DNA from: Hormiphora californensis
Lineage: Eukaryota; Animalia; Ctenophora
NCBI GenBank assembly: GCA_020137815.1
Contig: CM035358.1
Span: 2,728,001-2,792,000 of the forward strand
Reading direction: 5' to 3'
DNA length: 64,000 bases
Below, one piece after another: positions 24,184-37,359 of this stretch (positions are counted from its first letter, which is position 1; every line of letters begins with the position of its first letter). The notes under the pieces were generated by a model. That model was given only the letters and a program-made list of their open reading frames with translations. It ran no database searches and was not told the origin of the DNA. The translations under genes and the position numbers were made by a program.

Positions 24184-25630
24184 GTGAAAAAAAGGTTTTA
24201 ACCACCAAAAAGGCCCAAAGAAAGAAACAAAAGGATCCCCGAAAAAGAAAGAAAAGAAAAAGAGGGGAAAAAAAGGAAAAAGAAGAGAAGGGGAGAGAAA
24301 GAAAAGAGGGGGGGAAAAAAGGGGGGAAAAAAAGAAAGAACAAAAAAAAAGCAAAAAAAAAAAGGGGAGGAGAGAAAGAGGAGGGGAGAGAGAAAACAAA
24401 GGGGAAAGGAGAGGGGAGAGGGGAGAGAAAGAGGGAGGGGGAAAGGGGAGGGGGGAGAAGGGGAAAGGGAGGGGAAAAAGGGAGCAAAAGAAAGAAGAAA
24501 AGGAAAGGAGGGGGGAGGGAAGGGGAGGGGGGGAAAGGAGAGAAGGGGGGGAGAGGAAAAAGGAAAGGAAGGGGGAAGGGGGGCCCGGGGGGGGGGGAGG
24601 GAGGGGGAGGGCCCCCTAAAACAAAACCCCAAAAAAAAAGGAGCAAACGGGGCCCCCCCCCCCTTTTTTTTTCTCCAAAACCGATTTTTTCCCCCCCCAT
24701 ATCCTTTCCTTTCCGGAAAAGGCCCGAAAAAAAACAATGGAAGTTTGGCAAAAGAGAAACAATGAAAAATGAGGGAAAAAAAAAAAAAAAAAAGTTTTAT
24801 TAATTGGGAAAGAAAAAAATGAGAGGGGAAAAGGAGAGAAAACGATTTTTCCGCAAAAGGCAGTTTTTTTTCTCCATATTTCAAAAAAAATACCAATCAA
24901 GGAATCTGAGCTGGGGATTTTTTTGGTTCTTTTTTTTTTGGGGGGTTGGAGGGATTCTGGTTTGAGGGGGGGGGAAAAAAAAAAAAAAAAAAAAAACAAG
25001 GATTTTAACGCCCCCTCTCAAATCCGGTGTTTTTTGTTTTTTTTTTTTTGTTTTTGTGTCTTTTTTTTTTTCATTCTTTACCCCCCCCCCCTTTTTCCCT
25101 TTCACACTCAGTATCACTTCATTTTTTTTCCCCCCCATGTCGAGTACATTTGGTTAAATCTTATCTTTTTTGTACCACCCTTTTTTTATTGGGTTTTTTA
25201 AAAAAACGCTTTGCTTTTAGATTCCCTCTCCTTCTCCTCTCCTCTCTTCTTCTTTTTCCTCTTCCTTCTTCCTCCTCTCTCCCCCTACACAAAGTTTGTT
25301 TTAGTGAGCCAAACAAAAGTGCATTTTGGTCACTTTTACTTTCATTTCCCTATGATCAGCCAATTTGGGGCCAGCATTCAAGTCACGTGAGCATCCCCAC
25401 CCAATTCGTTCATTTTCACTTGCCTCTCTCAAAAACCCTGTGTTTTTGTTTTTGTTTTTTTGCTTTCGTTCTTCATTTTGGTTTCCCCACCCCCCCCCCC
25501 CCCCTTTTCCCCCCCCTCGTACATTCTTATTTTTTGACCCCCCTGTCGAGCACAGGGAAAAACTTTTTCGTACAAAAAATTTTAGATTTGGGGGGGAAAA
25601 AGATTTGCTTAAAAAGGAAAATTTTGGGGG
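24096..25630. other. Low-quality, homopolymer-inflated sequence (probable long-read consensus artefact)
   Basis: Runs of A/G/C/T with recognisable garbled copies of the TIR end and of the ~420-bp unit at 25640-26010 (CACTCAGTATCACTTC, TATGATCAGCCAATT, AAGTCACGTGAGCA). Confidence 0.85.
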
Positions 25631-25648
25631 CCCCTCTTCCCTCTTTTC

Positions 25649-25710
<62 letters not shown>

Positions 25711-26252
25711 GTTTTGTCAGTGCAGCCAATCAAATTGCTGCATTATGGTCACTTTCACTTTCACTTTCACTATGATCAGCCAATTGGGTGCCAGCATTCT
25801 AAGTCACGTGAGCACCTCCCGATCCCAATCTCGTTCATTTATCACTTGCCCTCTCTCAAATCCGTGTGTTTTGTGTTTATGTTTTCTTGCTTTCGTGTCT
25901 TCATTTTTGTTTCATCTCTTCACCCCCCCCCCCTTTTTCCCTTCTCACACTCAGTATCACTTCTTATCTTTTTGTACCCCCCACTGTCGAGCTACATTTT
26001 GGTCTAATATTACCCACCGCCCCACAACCCCACCCGCCCTCCCCCACCCACCTCTCCCAATATAGCGGGCATTCATATACTGCATACTACAGAGACAATC
26101 CTTGTGTTTTGGTGCACTAAGTCGCTTATCGCGTGTAACAATTAACAAATGTTCTTAGCTTTCCCGCCCGACTTGTCTTCTAGAACATTCTAGTGGTGCT
26201 ACATTCTGTCCAACCCCTTTTTGTGTTTGATCGTTCTCGTTTATCTTTTATA

Positions 26253-26898
26253 CAGGGTGTTCATATGGGATCTTTACAAGCGTTGGGCTTTACCCAGAAA
26301 AAAGTTGACAAATTTAGCTCATGAAACTTCATACTTGGACTATTCTATACCCTCATTCAAGGTTCCTGGTGTTTCCGGAGCTCTACTACCCCTGGAAGTG
26401 TGTTTTTGGCATCAAAACTACCAGAAGGAATTTTTTGCTGATTCTGAGACTTTGCTAGAATGTTTTTTGGGTATTTTTTATGTCAATTCCAAAGTTTCGT
26501 GATGATTGGATGTGTTTTATGAACTCAAAATTTCGAAAAAAGTGCCTGGAAAAGCTCTAAAACATCAATTTTTGCCGTTTTTGAGCTGTTTTTGGGCCTT
26601 TCCAGCCAGTTTATTTTGACCTTGGTGACTGAACCACACATCCAATCATCATGAAACTTTAGAATTGACATAGAAAATACCCAAAAAACATTCTAGCAAA
26701 GTCTCAGCATCAGCAAAAAATTCCTTCTGGTAGTTTTGATGCCAAAAACACACTTCCAGGGGTAGTAGAGCTCCGGAAACACCAGGAACCTTGAATGAGG
26801 GTATAGAATAGTCCAAGTATGAAGTTTCATGAGCTAAATTTGTCAACTTTTTTCTGGGTAAAGCCCAACGCTTGTAAAGATCCCATATGAACACCCTG
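26253..26898. mobile_element. MITE, ~260-bp TIRs, TA TSD, CAGGGTGT termini (Tc1/mariner-type)
   Basis: TA|CAGGGTGTTCATATGGGATC ... GATCCCATATGAACACCCTG|TA. Confidence 0.92.
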
Positions 26899-28735
26899 TA
26901 TATCTCTGCTGGAAACATACCTCTCAGTCTCATCTCATCACCAACAACATCACGGTACCAATCACCCATCAAAATGCTGTAAGTTTGTCAGTCCGTAATG
27001 TTTGTTGTTTTTAAAATTAGATACATCTAGAAAGCCCTGGTCCAATTTATTTCATGAACCTTCCACTCACCAATACTCGCTCATTCGTTTCTAGTTTCAA
27101 GATGATCACAATCAATTCACTGATTCACTGTTATCATTCCAAATCCGTTCATTCATAATTTGTTAAAGTTTTATATTTCCATTCATTGCATACCTTATTA
27201 TTATTATTGATACGAAATCACCAGAGTCATATTAGATCAAATGATCTTGTGCTACAGTTACCCCAAGAAAATTTATTGGTATTTTTCCATTGTTTCTTGC
27301 TTAAATTATTTTAGAATTCGGACTGAAAAATAAGAATTTTCATCTACACCACCATTATTATATCTAGCTTGCGAATGAGCCCTAGTATAGCTAAAGTTAC
27401 TGAGAAGAATTAAGTTTTACGATCTAGAAGTATGATTTCATATTCTTTCACCAATGACAGACCCCCGACAGACAGAAGACGATCTGGTGGTGATTCCGAA
27501 AGGATGATCCGGCACTATGCTGTCTCGCCTGTTCGGCGAGACTTGGCTGTGTGACTGTTTACAGTCCCAGATGAGTGGTCCAAACCAAACCAAACCAAAC
27601 TGAAAAAACAGAAATGGCAGAATGGGCTAGAAGTATTTGAAGAATAAAGGAATTGGATGAAGGCGGTACTTTCACCTTTACATTGCATGAGTTGTTAAAA
27701 GGTTTCAGTTTTATGGAACTAAAAATATAACATGGAAAGGTGTGTTGGAAAATTGGATGAAAATATTTGCCGATATTTCCTGCATTTTAATGACTTCTTT
27801 ATGTTTCTACACCTCTCTTTCTCTTTTTCTAAATATTTTCTATCTCACTCTCTCCCCTTCTCTCTCTGCATCTGAGAGCCCTTTTTCTCTACGAGACTAA
27901 GCAGGATAATCTATATGCAATTGTCTTTCCAAGTGTACAGTTTACGAATGTGCTAGAAAATTTGGAGAAGCAGACATTTTAAATCAGTCAACGTGTGATG
28001 AATAAAATGAAGAGAGAATGGGAGTCAGATTTAGCTCTTTTTAATCTTGACATGAAAAAGTCGACTCGAGAAAAAAGGACTTTCTGTGGAAAAATGTCCA
28101 ATGCTCCACCCTCAAACTCCCATGTGATTTGAAAATTGCAGGATTACCTAACTTTGACATCACACCTACGTCACAGCATATGTCATTTAAATAGATTCCT
28201 TTGAGAGAGAGAAGGGCGTTATAACTAAATTGTAGTTATGCAGTCCTGACTTGAGAGATAGAGAAAGAAAACAGGAGAGATGGAGAGAGAAGGGGGAGAG
28301 AAAGAGAGAAGGGAGAGAGAGGGCATTGTACTGCATTGCAGCTGACCAGCCCTGTCCAGTAATTAGCAAATTTTAATTGACATCTGTTTAGTATTTCCGT
28401 TAGTTGAACAAGCGAGAATTATTTAGTCAAGAATATGTAACTGCATAGTGCATGACACTGTAAAATGTGAACAATTTTATATGAGTTCTGGCCCATCATG
28501 ATAATACACCGTCGGGATGAGATATTGAAGGAGTGAGATATTGAGATATTGAAGGGGCGAGAGATTGGAGTGGTAAGATATTCAAATTATGAGGTAGGTA
28601 GTTAGAAGGATATAGAGTCTGGGTAAGAGAGAGAGATGGAGGGTCTGTGTGTAAACTGTAAACCGAGTATTGCTATTTTATAATGCTACACACACCCAAT
28701 TCTACACACTGCAGCAGCAAGAGTTAGATTGTCTG

Positions 28736-28875
28736 TTACAATCTGTGTGTCTGTCATTGTGTCTGTCTGGCTGTGTGTGTGTTTGTCAGTTTGTATGTGT
28801 GTCTATCTGTATGTCTGCCAGTGTGTATGTCTGTTTGTCAGTGTGTCTATCTGTGTGTCATTGTGTCTGTGTGCC
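28736..28875. repeat. Degenerate (TG)/(TGTC) microsatellite
   Basis: TGTGTGTCTGTC-type low-complexity tract. Confidence 0.8.
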
Positions 28876-29449
28876 AGCTACTTCACTACAAATGTTTTCT
28901 TGTTAAAATGTTTGTGACTGGTTGTCAACGTGTATAGTATAGTAGGACCAAGAGCACTACTCCTGTTTGTGTGTTTGAATGTTTTCAGACAGTTTATTTT
29001 CACATCATTCATGTCCCTTTGCTAAGCATAGTATGCTTACTCTTGATTTCTAAGCAAACATGAACATAGCACGATCACCCTATCAGTTTACTATCGGTCA
29101 ACTGTTCATAACGTCAACCGTGCATTACGTCAACTGTTCACTACGTCAATCAGTTTAATAACTTACCGGCAGATGCCGAGGAGAGAAGGGTCGGGATAAC
29201 TAACGCCAAATGAAACAACAACATCATCACTCCCATGTTTCTAGCTCTCTTGCCCCCTTTAAACTACACCATTTCAACTAATACAGGTGTTTCAAGTGCA
29301 CCCAGGCAGAGAATTAACACCCACGTGCCTTACAACTGTTTTCTGTCCCCTAATTGTCCCTTTCATCTCTCTATCATGTCATCTCTCTTTTTCTTTCTAT
29401 CTCTCTTTTTCTCTTTCTCTATCTATCTTCATCTATCTTCCTCTCGCAG

Positions 29450-31128
29450 GCCCAATTTGCGAGAACTCAACAGCAATTTGTGGAGCACTGGTACTGCGTC
29501 AAAGAGAGTTTGAAGAACAGCAGCGGATCGTTAAATGCAGGTGGATGAAACTATATTCGTGCTCGATTCTAAGTATTATAGTGAGCCCTTTTTTATGAGA
29601 GCTTTCAGGTTGACAGCTGTGCGCTCCCTTTCTTTTGAAGTAGGGAGATAAGAAACATTAAGTAGAAAAAGTAGAACAGCTCTTATTATAATGGGTTTTT
29701 ATCTTTACTGTGCCGAGTTTTTAGGATGCTGCAAGAGAAGGAACGAGGTTGAGATTTAAAACAGCTGGAATCTCTGCATTCCGTCACTCAGCTGCATTGA
29801 GAGTTAGAAAGATTCGGACCTTATAAAAACGAGAGAGAGGTTGAATATATGGGCACTGTATTACAACAAGCTGTAACACCTTGCCTCTCAATTCTCCCCC
29901 TTGTCCCACGTACAACCTTCTGATACATTTTGTACTGAAAAGAGTTTGTATAGAGAAAGATCGACTGTGTTTATGTTCTAAATTGTCTCACAAATGATAG
30001 CTCTCTCCGTGAGCGATGATAGTACAGTCCCGTAGATCAATGACAATTGACAAGTTCCGTGCAAGCTACCAAAGTTGATAACGTCACTCCTAGCTCTCAT
30101 CACCCTCTCTCTCCTCCCCAGATGTATACGACAGCAAAGCGGCCAGCCACATCGCCGAGATGATTTATATGATTGAAAATGACAAGGCACCACCAGAATC
30201 CGATTATGTAAGTGTTCTGTGGGTGGTTCGGAATAAGAGAGATAAGATTTCATATGTCATGATTCGTGTGGCTCACATTGGTAACGAAGTTACCCCTCCC
30301 TTGCCGGCGCGGCGTGCGAAGCACGCCAAACGAAGGCCGCGAAGCGGCCTGAGTGTGAGGTGTCTTCGATAGATTTGACTCGTGCAAACTACTAGCTTAC
30401 TACAGAACAGAGAACAGAATTTTGTGTAATTTAACTGATTAAGTCATGACAAGGTACACCAAGGACTGTCCGCGGTGTCATCTGACACACAACTCCTGAA
30501 AATATTGTGTACAGCGTGGTGGTGGAACGCGCGTCCGCCGAACTGCTTTCGAACAGTGATTTGTGCGCGCTTTGGGGGAACATCTCCCCCATACCCCGCC
30601 ATCGCACGCGTCATCAATCGATCTCCCCTCGATCTCACATGATTCTCATCCGATGCTTTCCTAACCCTTTCCAATTATTTCCAGGGTCCGTGCGTAGAGT
30701 TTATCCTTCAGCACGATGTGCTAGGAACACTACAGAAACACGCTCAAAATGATGTACCAGTCGGAATCAGGAAGATTGTCCTGACCTTTCTTTCTCAGCT
30801 AATCCAGAAACTTCCCCGCTCTGCCCTCCCTCATCTTCACATACATCGTCCACTTCAGGTATTATGATAACTAGTGTATGTGCTAACGAAGATTAATAAG
30901 TTAAGACATCTCTAATAACACAAATTGTTTCTCTCAGGATATGCTGTGCATATGCGGGAGCGGGAAATATCCTATTGACGAAATTAACTTCATAACTTCT
31001 ATTCTTGGGAAGTTCCACGAGGATCCATCTCTGGTTAACTTGTTCATGAACGAAACACTCGGACGTAACGGCTCAAAGGTATTTATACTCGTGAATTGTG
31101 ATTTGCCCATAGCTTCCGTGGCGCAATA

Positions 31129-31161
<33 letters not shown>

Positions 31162-31280
31162 CTGGTTCAAGTCCAGCCGGTAGCGAAGACTTTTTGCACT
31201 TTTTTTAGTCCAACAAAAGCAGATGAAAGGGAACACATTTTCCCACTTTCTTTTCCAGACAGAGCTTCCGTGGCGCAATA

Positions 31281-31313
<33 letters not shown>

Positions 31314-34300
31314 CTGGTTCAAGTCCAGCCGGTAGCGAATACTTTTTGCACTTTTTTAGTCAAATAAAACACCTTTTTCTCACAACAGAATATAATGTAC
31401 ACGCCAAAGTTTTCATACTACATACGAGAATCATAAACACACAGCATGTTTTCACACATTTTTTCTGAGAAACAATTATTTTTTCTGAGAAACAATTATT
31501 TTGTATAAATCCCTGTCATGACTGACCATTATGATTATGGCAATTATGTCGATGTTTTACCAAAATTAAACTTTATTTGGCGGGAGAAAAATACCCTCTC
31601 CTTCGTAGAAAACGGTCTCTGTGACTTCGTGCATGGCCAGCAGGAATCCTTTATCCTGTACCAATGGTTCCTAGCCAGTGTTGCTAATGTGCCATCGATT
31701 GGCTTCAGCTCTTCTTTATTTTTGGGTAGCTCTCCAGTGAAATTATATTTTGAACACATGTCGTACTTCAGTGATAGGGCATCATGAAGAACAATAAGTA
31801 ATTCATTGTCATAGAGAGCAATGTTGAAGTTTTCTATTACGTACTGAAGTAAAGGAATGTCGTTTTTCGAAGCCATAAATAGAAGTGAACATAGTTGCTG
31901 ATGAAATTCAGAAAGAAGGTCAAACTGAACAACCACAACCAGTAGCAAGTCCATTTCAGATCGTTTTGTAATGGTTGTTAGCAATCTGGAAAGGTGAAAC
32001 TGGAAATATTTTTTTCTCTCAGGGACGAAGGGCTGCGACATAAGGTGATCCAAAAACGTGGTGTTTTCATATTTTACACATGCGTCCAATGCCAAAGTTG
32101 CAATATCCCAGAACTGTCCAATTTCTAATGCCTCCATCTTGGATTTGGAACGGGCAGTAGTGGCCGAACCCCATTCATTGTAGAGTATAAAATACAATTC
32201 AGAAAGTTCCCATTCAACTTTAAAAACTGCGAACATTTTGAATAATTCCTTCTTCACACTAAAAGGATAGGGACCTCTATACCAAGGGTAGTTACTCAAT
32301 ACCTTCTTAATGCTTCCCGAATAACAGGCATTGACAAATACCCGTACCGATTTTGGGTCAAAGTCAGTCACATCATGGTCTAGTTCTCCCTCCTTCTCGA
32401 TAAGATTCTTCAGGACCGGAGAGCTTTTGGTCAGAATGTAGGAGTTCAGAGGAATGGTTTTGCCATCTTTTAGAGTAAAACTGATGTTATGATGTACTGT
32501 TTCTTCTCGACAGTGTTCACCAAAATCAGGCGTATCATGTTGAGAGTGAGCAAGTGGTAAAGAAGCTGCCCTGTCTATCATGAAAGTAACCACAGATTTT
32601 TTATCAGGAATTTCAGAGTTATCAAAATGTATATATCTTCCAAGAGGTTTTTCTTTCCCCGGTTTGGATCGACTTCCAATAGTTATAGTCAGTAGAAGTT
32701 CTTTAACACTGATGGTACCGCTTGTGTTATCTACGACAACTGTAAATTTTACTCCATATTTGGATTTCCGTCCCTCAGCAATCCATGTTATTCCATCCTC
32801 TGTATGGCTTGTAGAGACAGTATCATCTGTCATAAAGTCCTCTAACTTTCTGTGGAAGACCACTACGTTGTTCCGAACTGGTGGAGCCAAAGGTAGTCCA
32901 ATGTAGCTGTTGTTAATCTTAATATGAACTTCAATGTCCAAATATTCAATTCCATCCAGATCCAATCTTACTGGATTGATGAATTTTTCCAACCTCTGTG
33001 GCGAGCTTTTCGAAAATATGTGATGGAACAGCTCTGTTTGAGTTTTTAGACCGTAGAGAATCGGATCTTCATCCCCGGTATCCATGTATCGCATTTGTTT
33101 GAGTACAAAATAACTTGCATCACAGTACCATTCTTTTGCCGAGTTAATTGGTTGTATAGAAAACTGAACATCAAAGTCTTTGCCATTATTCTGCATTTTA
33201 AGCTGTAATCTGAATTCCTTGTAGAACACCATGGCACTTGAATAACAGATATCCGTCTCAGAGTACTCGGACCGCATCCGATTCTCCCAAAAACTCCCCA
33301 TTTTGACTATATCCATTCCACTCTGCAGGTAGTAAATAATTAGTTATGAAGATTGTGTATAACAGGCCAACGAAGCCGATACTAAAACAGCTGCGGGCTT
33401 TAGATGGCAGAAAAAGCATATTCAACAGAAGACAAGCATCACAAGCGTTCTTATCTCACTCATATTCTGTCACGGGGTGGGGTTAGACTAGCAAAAAAAG
33501 CGGCGTTAAATTTCACTGGACCAAAGATAAACACAAGAATTCTAAAATCTAACCTTTTTTCAGAGTTACGAGTTGAGACTCCTGGACGCCCTGATATCCC
33601 TGTCCCATTTGAAGGATGACAGAGTGGTGAAGAAGAGTTGTGAGAGTTTGTTATTGTGTGTAGCGGCTGATAGTGAATATGTGATTGACAACATTCTCTC
33701 CTATACCATTCTCGTCCAGGATTTGGTGAGTGAAAATGACAGACTGACACAGTATTACACGCGGTACAGTCGAACCAAACCAAACTACACAACTGTTTCT
33801 TCGCTTTAGCTTCGCACACAGCATCAAAGCTAAAGGTAGCTACGCGACAAGACAGTCTTTTGTGAGACTGATCATATGCAGTACAAATTCAATACAAAAT
33901 TGTCTAACACTGCACCTTCCCTAGTAAAATCCAGCTCCCCTGTCCAATTCCCCTACTTCTAACTCCCCCTCCCCTGCTTCAGGTATCCCGGTTATGTCAG
34001 AGGTACGGCTGTCTCCGTGCTGAGCCCTCTGTTCTACTTTACACTAACGTATCATGGACCTCCCAGTTGGAACACACCATCGCAGAACACACGGACTCAT
34101 CTGCAATCCGCCTTTTATTATGGGTTAGTGTTGGTGACATACATACACATGTGCGAGATCGATATTACACTAAGTGAATGGGTGGCAATGGCACTAAGGG
34201 TTAGTGTTGGATAATGTGGGAAGGGGAGCGTGAGTGTGATAGGAGTTGGTGGTTTGAATTTTAATTAGGAGGTGTTTAGGGATTTAGTGGTTTGGAAATT

Positions 34301-37088
34301 GAAGTTGTGTGACGTAACTACTGTTCTATTTCAGGTAGATTTTCTGAACACCCTGGCCAAATCAGCTCACCCAAACTTCGCCAACAAGCTTCTTAAACAC
34401 CTATCAAAGGTGACATATCAGACATAACAAACGAAACCCTTTTGTACGTTATGAGAACCCAAAGAGTTTCCATTTGTGTCTACTGTTAACTAAATCCCAC
34501 CTTGCTTTGCTTGACCGGTGACCCTCTCTACCCGTGAACCGTGCAGTTTGAACATAACAGCTCCCTCCCTCCCAGGTATTCTTCTACACACACCTCCTCC
34601 ATGATTTCGAATGTAAGGACACTAGAATGGTGACTGTGAAGGCCATTGTAACATGCCTCAAAATGCTAAGGATTTCAACCTCTGAACTACTTCTAGTTGA
34701 GGTAATAGGAGGGACCAAGGGGTTGTATTGTGTTAGAGGGCGGGGCTAGCTTTTTTTATAAAAACACCCTATTTTTGCAAAAAAAAAACTTTAGGGTTGT
34801 GACACCACTATCTTAATCACCCAAAGACTACTCTCACCTAATTTCTGACCCTCATCCTCCCGTAGTTACTAAAATTCCTGACCGACGACAAAGTGGTGGC
34901 AGTGTTATGCTCTCTGTTGAGTTGTGAGGAGCCAAGTGTCGTGGAGAGCACGCTACACCTGTTTACTGAAATGTTTGGAACTCGGCACTCTCTAGTTGTC
35001 GAAACACTTGTCCTCAGGTGAGCTGGAATTATAACAGTACTTGGAGGGCTGGATGTCAATGGTGCTATCTAATGGCCGCCGTTAAGTACGCGTGGCGCTA
35101 TTCAGTGGAACAGCCAAATACTATTTTTGTAAAAAAAGTGAGTTTAACCTTTTCACATCAGGTACACTAAAAAGAATGTGGATGTCAGAACGAAGCTTCT
35201 GTTAACTTCTGAATCAAGCACCCTTCAGCGATCTGCTAGCTGGTATGAATTTGAGATTAAAAGATTACTCCTTAGATTATTTCGTTTCAACTCCCCGTTT
35301 CAACTCCCCACTTGTGCACTAGGGAGTTGTTGAGTAAGGGGTGGAACTCAACAACTAGGGAGGGGGTGTCCGGGACAGATATATAATATATATTTCTTCC
35401 TCTCCAGTGACAGCGGTGTCGATGAGGAGACGTGTAGTGATGAGGAAACTAGTTTCATACACATGAACACCGCCTGTTTCTCTTACTTTGAACCTGACTC
35501 TGAATCTCCCTCTCTCCTGCGTCGTGTCATCCAATCCGAGGGCTCAGCTTCGTCCGGACCTGCTACTGAAGATAGCGATAATAACTTTGCGCAGAGTAGC
35601 GCTACACCAGATAATGATAATAACTTTGCGGCTGCGTCATCACCGTCCCCTTCGTTTGGAGAACAATATCCCTCGTCTTCTACCGAGACAATTTCAGCGG
35701 TGGAGGTAGATCGGATCACATTGGAACATAACCGGGTCGGATCACCGAACCATTTTAAAACGGTGATAGTTTCTCATGATCATGTGGAGGATGTTAGGAA
35801 ACCGGGAAAGGGGAAGAGGAACACTCTCAAACTTGGTAGGCAGACCAAATCATGAATTTATATTCTCTAGACTAAAACCTCCAGCTTCCCCAGAGTATCC
35901 TATCCCTAAACTCTCACTCCCAAGAAACTTGTAGATTTTCTCTTACCTCCTCTCCCAGATTTTCTAATCACCACTACCAAGTTTTCTCCCCAAGATTATT
36001 TAATTTCCTAACTTGCTAACATCAGTCACCTCACCACATACCATCTCCCCTCAACAGATCACGCGGTGCATGATTTCCTGGAGGTAATGCCGGCCCTCAG
36101 TCAGCCTCGAATGGTCGGATTCACAGAGTACTTACATGATGCTCACATCAAGGTAGCATGATCAAAAATTGTTGTGTTAAGTAATTAGTAATTAGTCGAT
36201 TAATTAATAATTAGTAAAGTAGTTAGTTGAAGTTGAACTGTTCGTACTGTGAGTGTGTCTGCGATACCGGAACGAAAGGTTCAATTAGTGGTTCATCCGA
36301 GATTCTCCTAGTCTGATTAATTATTGAATTTGATCCTTGTCAGGCGAAAGAAGTGTCTGCAGGGTACAGCTGGATTTCAACACAGAAAACAGAGTCAGAG
36401 GTTACTAACGATTGTGGGATATTCCTGCGCAAAGTTATCGAGATGGTTCCCTCAATACCCTACCAGGTAACGATTCACATACCACCTTGCGTTGTTTTGT
36501 TCGAGCAAGTTCCCACGGGCACTGCCGATTGCAAAACAGATTTAAATATTCTACTATTTTAAATACAAAAGTACTCTGAATTCTCCACTACAAAGTTATC
36601 CCGTTTTTCTCAGAGTTACAATGTGAACATGTACCTGATGGCGCTTATCTCGGAGATCTGTTACATACCTCATACCTCCGTTACCATATACCTCCTTGAC
36701 ACCTCACTACCTCCCTCACCACCCCTCTTTAAACACCTCAAGGACGTGGCGGAACAGTTTACTGACATATTTGAGGTAAGCACTTCACCTTAATTGTACC
36801 ACCAGATTTTTCGTTTATTGATATCGTACACGAGGTTCGAGGGGTTACCCCGTTATAGGCTGTTCCCCTACACAGATCGTACCTCATGAGCCTTACTCCT
36901 TAGCTCCTAGTTACCAACTAAAATCCTCTCAAAACCCTCTCCTTTCTCTCTAGGCAAGTCCGACGTTAAAAGAGCAGCTTCTCTGTGTCGAAGAGGAAAT
37001 GAGCGATGTTTGTAAGGCGGCTACACTATCTGAGGAATTCTGTAAAGAACTAGCAGCAATAACTCTTGTCAAGTCTACAACCTGTTAG
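29450..37088 (+). CDS. FHIP2: FHF complex subunit FHIP2 (FAM160B), multi-exon; possible first exon MLSRLF at 27517
   Basis: Exons translate to QQQFVEHWY, GPCVEFILQHDVLGTL...DVPVGIRKIVLTFL...LPHLHIHRPLQ and C-terminal EEFCKELAAITLVKSTTC*, which match FAM160B hallmarks. The start is uncertain. Confidence 0.88.
31112..31185 (+). tRNA. tRNA-Asn(GTT), copy 1, in a FHIP2 intron
   Basis: Cloverleaf: TGGCGCAATAGG A-box, TTCGG-CTGTTAA-CCGAA anticodon arm, GTTCAAGT T-loop, downstream T-run terminator. Confidence 0.95.
31264..31337 (+). tRNA. tRNA-Asn(GTT), copy 2, identical to copy 1
   Basis: Same 74-nt sequence, followed by a TTTTT terminator. Confidence 0.95.
31544..33316 (-). CDS. Intronless BTB/POZ protein with N-terminal MATH-like region(s), nested antisense in a FHIP2 intron
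   Basis: 590-aa ORF. ISFTLKDGKTIPLNSYILTKSSPVLKNLI...DVTDFDPKSVRVFVNACYSG is BTB-like; the beta-rich N-terminus (EFRLQLK...EWYCDASYF...LDIEVHIKI) resembles MATH. Confidence 0.75.
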   Translation of the reverse strand: MDIVKMGSFWENRMRSEYSETDICYSSAMVFYKEFRLQLKMQNNGKDFDVQFSIQPINSAKEWYCDASYFVLKQMRYMDTGDEDPILYGLKTQTELFHHIFSKSSPQRLEKFINPVRLDLDGIEYLDIEVHIKINNSYIGLPLAPPVRNNVVVFHRKLEDFMTDDTVSTSHTEDGITWIAEGRKSKYGVKFTVVVDNTSGTISVKELLLTITIGSRSKPGKEKPLGRYIHFDNSEIPDKKSVVTFMIDRAASLPLAHSQHDTPDFGEHCREETVHHNISFTLKDGKTIPLNSYILTKSSPVLKNLIEKEGELDHDVTDFDPKSVRVFVNACYSGSIKKVLSNYPWYRGPYPFSVKKELFKMFAVFKVEWELSELYFILYNEWGSATTARSKSKMEALEIGQFWDIATLALDACVKYENTTFLDHLMSQPFVPERKKYFQFHLSRLLTTITKRSEMDLLLVVVVQFDLLSEFHQQLCSLLFMASKNDIPLLQYVIENFNIALYDNELLIVLHDALSLKYDMCSKYNFTGELPKNKEELKPIDGTLATLARNHWYRIKDSCWPCTKSQRPFSTKERVFFSRQIKFNFGKTST

Positions 37089-37359
37089 CGGGGCTGCACG
37101 TGATGTCAGGCCAATGCTCTGACCACAGATCTCTGAGAATGCTCTGACAGTGCACATGAGTCATGATGAGATAGTGTCGAGGAAGGCAACCATGTTATCA
37201 TGAGGAGGACTATCGAGTTGTTACTCAGAAGGGGGAATGGGGTCGTGAAGAGAACTTTGAGATCTGGAATCTTTAGTAGATTAAAATGATAGTGCGATTC
37301 TTTGCTAGTGATTTTAATCAATGGTGAAGTGTTATATTTGGTAATGGTAGTGGTACGGT

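Noticed and set aside
24023-26007. Long F/P/K/G-rich ORFs (also 49950-51090)
   Set aside because: Translations of homopolymer-corrupted sequence.
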